NCBI GenBank assembly: GCA_944389025.1
Contig: CALXKU010000013.1
Coordinates: 2,868 to 66,867 of the forward strand
Direction: 5' to 3'
Source: an uncultured Spirochaetaceae bacterium
GTDB taxonomy: Bacteria > Spirochaetota > Spirochaetia > Sphaerochaetales > Sphaerochaetaceae
DNA length: 64,000 nucleotides
The notes under the pieces were generated by a model, which worked only from the letters and a program-made list of their open reading frames with translations, was not told where the DNA came from and ran no database searches. Positions 9,686-19,200 of the stretch are shown piece after piece. Within the stretch, counting starts at the first letter, position 1. Every line of letters begins with the position of its first letter. The position numbers and the translations under genes are program-made.

Positions 9686-10465
9686 ATGGGACTTGATATC
9701 TATGCAGGAACGCTTACGCGTTATTACACACATAACTGGAGGACCATTGTCCAGCAATGGGCAGAGGAGAGCGGATACTCATTCAGCAGGATCTCACCAG
9801 ATGAAGATGATATCAATGACGAGAATGCATTGTCTCCGGAAGAGGTGCAGGATGCAGTGGAAAACTGGCGGGACCAGATACTTAACGCGTTGGACACAGG
9901 TGGCAAAGAACCATATGCCCCATGGGAAGAGGATAATGAGAAACCCTACTACACTGACAAACCTGATTGGGATGCCTTTGGAGCCATGCTCCTTGTAGCT
10001 GCATGCCACACATACAACGAACCTGTACCTCCAGATGTGGAAAAGGACTGGGACTTCGGGGAACATCCATTGATCGCAAGGCTTGCGGGGGATCATGAAC
10101 GGGTATGGTCACTCTTCAGAGGTACTGTCTGCTGGCTCCCGATTTCTGACAGCTTCATATTCCAGGCTCCCATGCCCAATGGGAATGAAGTCACAATTGG
10201 AACAATCGGAGGTCTTAGGAAAGAGCTGGATAAGCTGAACCAGCTGGCATGGCAGGCTGATGAGACAACAATCATCGGATGGTCTGAAACCGAAGGTTAT
10301 CCTGTTGATGGCACTGTGGACCAGAATGGACAGTTCAGCAAAGAAGATATACCGGAACACACAAAGTACGATACCCAGGCACTGGCTAAATTTGCCTTCT
10401 CGATGTTCTGGCAGGCTATGCTGTTCGCCGAGAATCATCAGGTGCCAATCATGCTGGACTTCTGA
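9686..10465 (+). CDS. hypothetical protein
   Basis: ATG 6 nt after AGGAGG. 259 aa, acidic and Trp-rich, cytoplasmic. No family recognised. Confidence 0.5.
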   Translation: MGLDIYAGTLTRYYTHNWRTIVQQWAEESGYSFSRISPDEDDINDENALSPEEVQDAVENWRDQILNALDTGGKEPYAPWEEDNEKPYYTDKPDWDAFGAMLLVAACHTYNEPVPPDVEKDWDFGEHPLIARLAGDHERVWSLFRGTVCWLPISDSFIFQAPMPNGNEVTIGTIGGLRKELDKLNQLAWQADETTIIGWSETEGYPVDGTVDQNGQFSKEDIPEHTKYDTQALAKFAFSMFWQAMLFAENHQVPIMLDF

Positions 10466-10606
10466 TTACATTTTCTGGGTATGGGTATCATATGGAACAG
10501 AAGTATCCTACAAAGATATTCAGTGAAGCTCTGGATACCGATAGTTCATCAGAAAGGAAATGGAATTCGGATTCAGAGGATTTATAAATGGAAAGGAGGA
10601 AAGAAA

Positions 10607-11485
10607 ATGAGCGATAAGATATTCCAACAGGAACTGAAGGATGACAACGCATTTCATTATGGGGGACCGTTTATCATCCAGATGCTCTTCAAAAAACCAG
10701 TGGATATGCCTGATAAGGCAAAGATGACTGCAGTAATTGCAAAGCATATCGGTCCGATAGAGTGTTTCTGCCATGACAAGCAGACAGCGGGCTTTGCCGC
10801 TCTGGAGCATATTGCCGAGTTCAAGGACGGAAAAGGACCGGTGCAGCTCATGGTCATGGGATGCAGCAGCTTTGAGGGAGAAGGATTCGATGATTTCCTC
10901 ATGAGCCAGATGTGGGACTGCCAGGAAGACAGGGAGAGGATCTTCAGGGAATGCCAGTATCAGGTTGTTGCGATTGACATGCTGGCAGCAGCACTTCCTG
11001 CCCTGGAGCGTGCCGATCTGGATGCTGACTTCATGGATGCGCTTGCAGAGCTTTATCCTACATGCGAGGCATTCTATTTTCAGAACAGTGGGAAGCTGTT
11101 TCTGGCAGAGGATGTGCGCTCACACCAGATTGAAGGTCCGGATCGTTTCATAAAGTTCGGTGTCAATGTCAGATTCTTCACTATTCAGGGAACGGATGAT
11201 ATGCTCGTGGATACATTAGGCATGGGTACCCTATTCCTGCCAGATCTTCAGTACCATTTCCATGGCATGGATCCTGACTGGGTGGTCAACCATGCGTATA
11301 ATGTGCTTTCGTATATCCTTACAAACAATAATCCGATCAAAGATGGCGAAACCGTAGATGGCGTAGAAGACGGCCGGATGAGCAGACGCATACAATGGAC
11401 GTGCCAGTATGAGAATGCGCTGATCCAGCCACCAAGGGATGTCATAGACATAAACATGGGGGAATACGCGTCAGGAAACAGATGA
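10607..11485 (+). CDS. hypothetical protein (possibly DUF4261-like)
   Basis: The track ORF starts at 10481, but ATG 10607 lies 7 nt after AGGAGG (10594-10599), and the 42 upstream codons look non-coding. The family guess is weak. Confidence 0.5.
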   Translation: MSDKIFQQELKDDNAFHYGGPFIIQMLFKKPVDMPDKAKMTAVIAKHIGPIECFCHDKQTAGFAALEHIAEFKDGKGPVQLMVMGCSSFEGEGFDDFLMSQMWDCQEDRERIFRECQYQVVAIDMLAAALPALERADLDADFMDALAELYPTCEAFYFQNSGKLFLAEDVRSHQIEGPDRFIKFGVNVRFFTIQGTDDMLVDTLGMGTLFLPDLQYHFHGMDPDWVVNHAYNVLSYILTNNNPIKDGETVDGVEDGRMSRRIQWTCQYENALIQPPRDVIDINMGEYASGNR

Positions 11486-11693
11486 TAAAGAACTTGTTTC
11501 TAACAAGAAAAGCAAGGTTGACGGGCTTTGTAAAAACATTGTCTGCTTATTTATTATAAGCAAAGTAATTATTTTGCTGTTGCGATAATAGAAATAATAC
11601 GTATATCAGTTTTAAGGATTTTTCGCTGGTAGGAATTTGGAAGGAAAAATCTGAAATAATAGCGATAATCGACATAAAATAAAAAATCGTCAT

Positions 11694-11711
11694 AAAACAA
11701 GTACTTGTTTT
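11694..11711 (-). terminator. possible terminator hairpin downstream of guaA-type gene
   Basis: Perfect palindrome AAAACAAG-TA-CTTGTTTT, 33 nt past the stop, followed on the minus strand by a T-rich run. The stem is weak and AT-rich. Confidence 0.3.
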
Positions 11712-11743
11712 ACAACGATTTATATATTACGTAAAAAGTGTAA

Positions 11744-12724
11744 TCATTCCCATTCGATTGTGCCACAGGGCTTTGGTGTCATATCGAATACAACCCTGTT
11801 AACACCTTTCACTTCCTTCAGAATTCTGTCTGTTATATGGGAAAGAAGAGCAAATGGTATCTCTGCTACTGTTGCGGTCATTGCATCTTTTGTATTTACA
11901 GCCCTAATGATTACAGGATATTCGAATGATCTCTTGCCGTCTTTCACACCAACGGACTTGAAGTCTGGAACAGCTGTGAAATACTGCCACACCTTTCCTT
12001 CCAAGCCATTCTTCGCAAACTCTTCTCTCAGTATTGCATCGGACTCCCTTACGCACTCAAGGCGATCACGTGTGATAGCCCCAAGGCATCTTACACCAAG
12101 CCCAGGACCTGGGAACGGCTGACGATAGACCATGCTATCTGGAAGGCCGAGGGCCTTTCCCACGACCCTTACCTCATCCTTATAGAGGAACTTGAGAGGC
12201 TCAACAAGTTCGAATTTAAGATCCTCTGGAAGACCACCTACGTTGTGATGTGCCTTTACCCCGTCGCTTTCGAGGATATCAGGATAGATTGTCCCTTGGG
12301 CAAGGAATCCGATTCCCTCCAGTTTTCTTGCTTCTTCTTCGAAAACCCTTATGAACTCAGCTCCTATTATCTTCCTCTTCTTTTCCGGCTCTTCGACTCC
12401 TGCAAGCTTATCGAGGAAACGATCTACTGCATCGACATATATGAGGTTCGCATCCATCTCATGTCTGAAAACCTTGACAACCTGCTCAGGCTCCCCCTTT
12501 CTTAAAAGGCCATGATTTACATGAACACATACAAGGTTCTTACCAATAGCCTTGATTAAAAGAGCCGCGACCACGGAGGAATCAACACCTCCAGAGAGGG
12601 CCAGAAGAACCTTTCCGTCCTTTACCTGCTCCTTTATCTTTGAAATCTGTTCGGAAATGAAAGCATTCGCAGCTTCTGCAGTCTCTATTCTCTTTAGAGA
12701 CTCCGGTCTAACGTTATCAGCCAT
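11744..12724 (-). CDS. guaA: GMP synthase, ATP pyrophosphatase/dimerisation subunit only (no GATase domain)
   Basis: SGGVDSS P-loop, GTIYPD..ES, HHNVGGLP, PL..L.KDEVR..G..LGLP and the C-terminal KP.GTIEWE are all hallmarks of the GuaA C-terminal half. The ORF is only 326 aa. Confidence 0.9.
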   Translation of the reverse strand: MADNVRPESLKRIETAEAANAFISEQISKIKEQVKDGKVLLALSGGVDSSVVAALLIKAIGKNLVCVHVNHGLLRKGEPEQVVKVFRHEMDANLIYVDAVDRFLDKLAGVEEPEKKRKIIGAEFIRVFEEEARKLEGIGFLAQGTIYPDILESDGVKAHHNVGGLPEDLKFELVEPLKFLYKDEVRVVGKALGLPDSMVYRQPFPGPGLGVRCLGAITRDRLECVRESDAILREEFAKNGLEGKVWQYFTAVPDFKSVGVKDGKRSFEYPVIIRAVNTKDAMTATVAEIPFALLSHITDRILKEVKGVNRVVFDMTPKPCGTIEWE

Positions 12725-12940
12725 AAAAACCTCCTATCAGAGTATAGTCTATTATTCTTATATTATTTTCCAAGGTCGTGAACAAGTGCTTAACAGGAAG
12801 ATGGTAGCAATTACTATTGCTGAAATAAGGCCATCCATACTAAAAGAAATGAAGCTAAAACTCTTCATTTCTATACAAATCTCAAATTGAACTTGAAAAA
12901 TGTATAGAAAAACATAGAATGAGTTTAAGGACAGGAAAGA

Positions 12941-14143
12941 ATGAAAATAATCGAACGAATATTGGCTCCAGATTTAAAGCGCCTCGCCAGTACTTACAAA
13001 GTATTAACAATATTCGGGCCAAGACAGGCAGGAAAATCTACGTTAGCAAAGAAAGTTTTCCAGGAATACGAATTCATCAATCTTGAAGATTCTGCATTGA
13101 GCATGGAAGCAATAGAAGATCCAAAAGGTTTCCTGATAAATCATCCATCGCCTCTCATCATAGATGAAATTCAGCGAGTACCATCACTAATAAGCCAGAT
13201 TCAGGCAAATGTTGACAAGAGCGACAAAAACGGACAATACATCTTAACAGGAAGCTATCAGAAAGAAGTAAGAAAAGCGGTTGCACAATCTCTTGCAACC
13301 AGAACAGCCACAGCTTATCTTTTACCGCTCTCTCTCATGGAACTAACAAATGCAGGGATAACACTGCCTCGAAATGAGCAGATGTTCACAGGCTTCATGC
13401 CCAACATCTATAGCAGTCCGGGAATCGTCCCTTCCGAATACTATTCATACTACCGCTCAATCCATCTTGATAAGGACATAAGAGAAGAAAAGAATTTTTC
13501 AGACCTGCATCAATTTCATGTTTTCCTTGAAATAATGGCGGGACGAGCAGCTCAACTGGTCAACCATACAGCAATTTCCGGGGAAGTGGGAGTAAGCTCA
13601 ACAACTATAAAAGAATGGACGGGACTGCTTGAAAACGCATATATAATATATTTTCTTCCGCCATGGAGCAGGAATTTGACAAGCAGAGCTGTAAAAACTC
13701 CTAAAATATATTTCATAGAAACAGGACTTCTTGTATCCCTTGCAAGAATCTCAAGTCCGAAAGAGATTGGAATCACATCACTGACAGGAGCAATATTTGA
13801 AAACATGGTTGTTATGGAAGCACTGAAAGCCCGACTTAATTGCTCCGCAGAACCTAAACTATATTTTTTCAAAGACAACAATGGCCTTGAAGTAGATCTG
13901 ATATTAGAAAAAGGAATAAGAGAAATCGAACTTTTCGAAATCAAATCAGCCTATACCATTTCAAATGATTTCACAAGAAACATGAACAGGTTTGAAAAGC
14001 TCCATCCTGGCTATAAGATAGGCAAGAACATCATATATTCAGGAGAAACCCTTCCCGAGCCGATTAATGGAGTAAGATACATCAACTATAAGGATATTGC
14101 CCCATATTTTACTGAAGAAGAAAAATATATTCCCCGATTTTAG
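12941..14143 (+). CDS. AAA-family ATPase with DUF4143-type C-terminal domain
   Basis: Walker A GPRQAGKST and Walker B-like LIIDEIQ. The roughly 400-aa length and architecture are typical of AAA_14/DUF4143 proteins. Confidence 0.8.
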   Translation: MKIIERILAPDLKRLASTYKVLTIFGPRQAGKSTLAKKVFQEYEFINLEDSALSMEAIEDPKGFLINHPSPLIIDEIQRVPSLISQIQANVDKSDKNGQYILTGSYQKEVRKAVAQSLATRTATAYLLPLSLMELTNAGITLPRNEQMFTGFMPNIYSSPGIVPSEYYSYYRSIHLDKDIREEKNFSDLHQFHVFLEIMAGRAAQLVNHTAISGEVGVSSTTIKEWTGLLENAYIIYFLPPWSRNLTSRAVKTPKIYFIETGLLVSLARISSPKEIGITSLTGAIFENMVVMEALKARLNCSAEPKLYFFKDNNGLEVDLILEKGIREIELFEIKSAYTISNDFTRNMNRFEKLHPGYKIGKNIIYSGETLPEPINGVRYINYKDIAPYFTEEEKYIPRF

Positions 14144-14223
14144 TGTACTTAAAAACAGAGAGTAGGGATTTCTCCTTTATAATATGCCGAGGCAAGATAC
14201 AATGCTTACCTCAGCAAGAACTC

Positions 14224-16050
14224 TTATTTTTCCCTTTTGTAATCCAGAGGAAGGCTTTCCCACCGTTTCTTTAAGAGGAACGCAGCATCCTTCGGCTGTC
14301 TCTGGCGTGTGAATACCCCTTTTTTATTACCATTTACACGCATTAGTCCTTCCGTGGTCTGGAAGTCTGCAAAGTTCCAGATCTGCTCTCCTTTTACGAA
14401 GCTGTAGGAATCAAAGACGCGATGAAGCATCTCCAGTACCTCGCACTGGTACTCCTGAGACCACATGACCGAGGGAAGCTTATGCTCGCTAGGCATCGTA
14501 TCGGCCCCATACTCGGTGAAAACGAACGGCTTGTTGAGATTCAGTGCTGCCCAGTCATCCATCTCCTTCTTAAAACGCTCCTCGGCATCTGTAATCTCGT
14601 AACCGCCGAGAATGTACCATCCGTAATATCTGTTAAGCGATATGAAATCGGAAAGATGGTGGCATCTGCAACGCGTAGTACTTGAATTGGATTCCATTGC
14701 GAATGTTCGCGGCCTCTTCTGAGGATCGAGAGCACGGGCGAGGTTGAAGACCTCCGTGAAATACGGTACGCTGTTCTCATCCGTCGATTCAGGCTCGTTA
14801 AGCAGGCTCCAGGCAATCACGCTCGGATGGTTCTTATCACGCACAATCATTTCCTCAACTGCCCTAAGATGGGCTTTTAGAAGTATCGGAGTCGTAGGTT
14901 TGGAGAAGAACGATTTCGCACCCTTTCCCGTTCCCGCATCAAGGAAGTTCACGAGGCTCTCAAAGAGTCCTACTGCCGGAACCTCGTCTATGATAAGGAA
15001 ACCTTCCCTGTCCGCCATCCTGTATATTTCCTCATCATAAGGATAGTGCGAAGTCCTGAATGAGTTTGCCCCTATCCATTTCATGAGCTCGAAATCGCGT
15101 TTCATCACCCCGATATTGAATCCACGCCCGACAATATCGCTATCCTCGTGCTTTCCAAATCCTTTGAGGTATATCGGAGAGCCGTTGAGAAGAATCTCCG
15201 TCCCCTTTATCTCGACAGTCCTGATTCCGATTTCAAGAGGATACATGTCGAGAACTTCATTCCCATTGGAGAGTGTGATTTCAAGAGTATAGAGATATGC
15301 ATCCCTGACGCGCCAGAGATGCGGATTCTCAACACACATATAGCCAGATGCTCCAAAGGCCTCGGAGACGAGCTTTCCATCCTCATCATAGAGTTTGAGG
15401 GAAACATCCCCCTTGCCTTTCTGCGAGACTGAATAGTTTATCCTCGCCTCGCCTTCTCCGATTTCATAGCTGAGATCCACATCCGTGATGCTGTTCTTCG
15501 GAACGGCTATCAGATGAACCGACCTCTGAAGCCCTGAATAGTTGTAGAAATCGAAATAGGGCTTGCTCATCTTCCTTCCATTCTCGAGCCTGATTGTCCG
15601 CCCGCACGGTATATTGGTCTCGTTGAGTTCATTGTTGACCCTGACGACAAGCCTGTTAAGCTCACCGCATACGGCCTTATCTGTTATATCTACGAGGAAT
15701 GGAAGGAATCCCCCCTCATGCTCTCCGACAAGCTCTCCGTTGAGATACACCCAAGCCCTGTGGGTTGCCGCACCAAAACGGATGAACACATCAGAGCCCC
15801 TCATGAAAACAGGAATCGTGATATCAGTCTCGTACCACATGTCCCCCGTGTACTCCCTGATGGCCTTCTCCGTATAGAAATCCTGGAAACTCGCAGGAAC
15901 AGGTATCATATCCCGACCGGGAACACCTTTACTCCAGCCCAGCTTCTCCCCCTCCCCCTGCCAGTCAAGGGAGAACTTCCACATCCCATCAAGCTTCATT
16001 GAACATCTTGTCGGGGTAGTCATCGGATAAAGTAACGAATAATCAAGCAT
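14224..16050 (-). CDS. uidA: beta-glucuronidase (GH2)
   Basis: Collinear with E. coli GUS from the N-terminus (TPTR..KLDG.W.FSLD). Acid/base NEP (WSLLNEPES), nucleophile TEYG, and the glucuronide-specific N-K motif (NGNKKGVFTR) are present. AGGAGG lies 6 nt upstream of the ATG. Confidence 0.9.
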   Translation of the reverse strand: MLDYSLLYPMTTPTRCSMKLDGMWKFSLDWQGEGEKLGWSKGVPGRDMIPVPASFQDFYTEKAIREYTGDMWYETDITIPVFMRGSDVFIRFGAATHRAWVYLNGELVGEHEGGFLPFLVDITDKAVCGELNRLVVRVNNELNETNIPCGRTIRLENGRKMSKPYFDFYNYSGLQRSVHLIAVPKNSITDVDLSYEIGEGEARINYSVSQKGKGDVSLKLYDEDGKLVSEAFGASGYMCVENPHLWRVRDAYLYTLEITLSNGNEVLDMYPLEIGIRTVEIKGTEILLNGSPIYLKGFGKHEDSDIVGRGFNIGVMKRDFELMKWIGANSFRTSHYPYDEEIYRMADREGFLIIDEVPAVGLFESLVNFLDAGTGKGAKSFFSKPTTPILLKAHLRAVEEMIVRDKNHPSVIAWSLLNEPESTDENSVPYFTEVFNLARALDPQKRPRTFAMESNSSTTRCRCHHLSDFISLNRYYGWYILGGYEITDAEERFKKEMDDWAALNLNKPFVFTEYGADTMPSEHKLPSVMWSQEYQCEVLEMLHRVFDSYSFVKGEQIWNFADFQTTEGLMRVNGNKKGVFTRQRQPKDAAFLLKKRWESLPLDYKREK

Positions 16051-16252
16051 AAAAGTCCTCCTGAATAGTAGATTATATCATATGTTCCACGCATCAAGCT
16101 CAAATCTTTCCTGAACGAAAAAAGAACAATAAACAGTTTTTAATGCTCTCCACCCTTACGGACCGCATACACTTATGATATATTATTCTCATGGTTTGTA
16201 ATTGCGGGCTCATCGTTAAGACGGCTCTGTTTCGGGGGTTAACAAATCAGGA

Positions 16253-19200
16253 ATGGAAAGTTTAAAGACACCGTCTATTGGCATCGATCAGATAGAAGAA
16301 CTCCTTCAGAGGGCAACAAAAGATGCCCTTTCAGGCCTGCTCAACCGGGCTACGATGGAGATGCATATTTCTCAGCGTCTTAACGAGATGTCACAGGACG
16401 AATCATGTGCTCTGTTCATAATAGACCTGGATGCGTTCAAACGGGTCAACGACACACTCGGCCATCAGGCGGGTGACATGGCGATACAGGAATCAGCAAA
16501 GATTCTCTCCCACATCTTCAGAGGTAGCGATATAGTAGGCAGACTGGGAGGGGATGAGTTTGCGGTCTTCATGTGTGGAGCGGATATCACGGAGGATCTC
16601 GTCAGGAATAAGGGAGCCGCAATCTGTGACAATCTGCAGATGACAATCGGGGACAAGGGAGATGTTCCTCTTACGGCAAGTGTCGGGATATCATTTTATA
16701 AAGGTGCTGAGAAATTCGATAAGATGTACCAGGATGCGGACCTTGCCCTTTACAAGGCAAAGAAGACTGGAAAGAACACATACTGCCTCAAATCCTGGGA
16801 CTTCTATCATGGCAGGGATGAGAGCGATGACTATCATCTGGTGAACACCATCCCGATAGGAAGCCTGCTGGAAGGACTGGACAGCGGCATAGCACTTCTT
16901 GAAGTTGATGATGAGATCAACGTAATCTACGTGTCCCCCAATCTTGCGAAAATGCTCCATATTGAGAAAGATGTTAAACTCCCGATTCCCGTCTCCACCT
17001 GGATACACCCGGATGACTACCAGGTTTTCAAGACCACACTGGAGAAAACCATCGTCTCTGGAGAACAGGTTGGACAGACACAGAGAGTGAAGATCAATAA
17101 GAACGAGGACTGGACATGGTGGCATATCAAGGCGGTAAGGATCAAGTTCAGTTCCACGAAACCGGTTGTACTCGTGACGACGAACGATGTCACCGATTTC
17201 AAAGAAAAGGAAAAAGAGCTACAGAAGGAGAACGAGCTGCTGCAAGCCGCCTTCGCACAGACTTCACAGCACCTCTGGCAGGTTGATATTGAAAAGAGAC
17301 TTTTTATCACATATGACATGACGGGCAGCGATTATAAGAAAGAGATGACATTTTCCTTTCCTGATGAGCTTATTTCCAGCGGTATCATACATGCGAACTC
17401 CGTAGATAAATTCAAAGAATTTGCAAAGGGACTTCTCAGCGGACAGACGGAAGGATACGGGACGTTCATAGTACGCTACCAGGAGACCGGCAGTTACGGA
17501 TGGGTCGCCATGTCATACAAGATGATGTTCGACGAAGTGGGAAACGCGGTTAGGGCGATCGGAATTGAAGACACCCTTTCCAGTTCCTTCTTCCAAGACA
17601 GCCCGGAGAGCCTCCCGACCCGGCTGATGCCTGAAGCTATGCTCTCTGATCTCATATTGCACATGCATCTAAACCTCAGCCGTGACAGCATTGAGGAATT
17701 CTGGCTTGAAGGAAAGGACATACTCGGCAATCTTGAAAGTTACAGCGCTAGCATGATCCTTTCAAAAATCCGGGGGAAACTGGAGAGGAATGAGAACGAA
17801 AAGGAGATAGTCGAATTCTATGATACAGATTATATCATCACGCATTTCCAATCAGATGAAGACTGGATGGTATTGGAAGGGCATGGAATTGACCGTGGAG
17901 GGAATATTCGGAGAATAAGACACGTATGGCACATCACGACATCACCTTTCACACGGGAGAAGATGCTCAATGCCTATCTCATACAAAGCACCATTCCGGA
18001 TGAATGGGACAGCATCCTGAAGAAACAGCAACAGCATATGGACCAATCTCTGCTGTACGACAGATCCGTCATGGATAATATCGCAGCAAGCATATTCCAA
18101 GAGCCCGCAAGCATGGCGCGTACTGTTGGGATATTCCAGATCAGCGGACTTAACATAAGTGAACAGGAAAAGCAGGGAAATCTGAGAAAATCGATAGGAG
18201 CAATACTTTCCATGTCCTTGGGAGGCTCATCGGTTCTGGGAAACTACGGACCGGACAGGTTCTTCATACTCTTTCCTTCTCCGGGAGGCAAGGAAAGCCT
18301 CAGACACCGTGTTGAGCAGGCGATAACATTCATCCGGCGCGTACTGAAGAAAGACCTTGAACATGAGCAGATCCGGTTCATCGTCGGGCTTGCCATACAG
18401 AGCCCCGGGGGCGTAGGATACGGGACACTGCTGACTGCTGCCGCATATTCCTGCACAAGACGGTGGAACTCACCCGTAGATACTATCTCTTTCGCGAATG
18501 AGGCCGAGGAGCAGGACTGGACGATGCTCCAGGATACGGAAGGCGAGGACCGTGTCTCGGTACTGAAACAGGAGCTGGGGAAACCCCTATCTGAGAGTGA
18601 GAAGGATGTAGCATTCAACTGCATGAGCATAATGCTCTCAGCAGATTCCCTTGACGCATCTGTCCAGGGAGTACTGAGGAACATAGGCATGTACTACCAG
18701 GCGGACAGGGTATACGTTCTTTATGTTGCGAATGACAGGAAAGTCATAACGATGCCGTTCGAATGGGACGATCCTTGCAAATGCTCCGTCCAGCAGGTCG
18801 TCTCAGGCATGCTAATTGAGAACTTTCCTCTCATCAAGCGATGCATGGAGGAAAAGGCCCCGATATTCCTAACCCGAAGTGAGAAAATAAAAAGGGAAAA
18901 TGCCGGGGAGCAGGATAAGAAATGGTATTTTTCTGCCTACCCTCTTGAAGTGCACGGTGTGATAGAAGGCTTCCTTTGCATAGAAAATGCGAAGAAATAT
19001 CCGACGAACGCAGCGCTTTTCAGCACGCTCATCCCATACATACTCCGCGAAAAGGAAAGATTCAACGGAAACGGAAAGGAGCAAAGCGGTAAGACTGTCG
19101 AACAGCTGATGGGCCTGCCCGATCTCAGATCTTACATGAACACCATAAGTCAGCTCGATTCGGAGAAATACAACACGCTCGGCGCCGTATGTGTGGACAT

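Noticed and set aside
10481-10606. N-terminal 42-codon extension of ORF 10481..11485, and similar extensions at 40461-40583, 39482-39532, 30892-30957, 28623-28685 and 61214-61261
   Set aside because: In each case an internal ATG is preceded by a good Shine-Dalgarno sequence, or yields the expected family N-terminus or signal peptide. The extension overlaps the upstream gene, an RBS or a terminator.
12725-12940. Possible purine riboswitch upstream of the guaA-type gene
   Set aside because: I read the minus-strand leader and could not find the conserved purine-riboswitch junction sequences or the P2/P3 loop-loop pattern. A covariance-model scan (Rfam RF00167) would settle it.
14189-14212. Hairpin between the convergent ATPase and uidA genes as a terminator
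   Set aside because: The stem GAGGCAAG/CTTACCTC has an internal mismatch, and neither side has a T-run.
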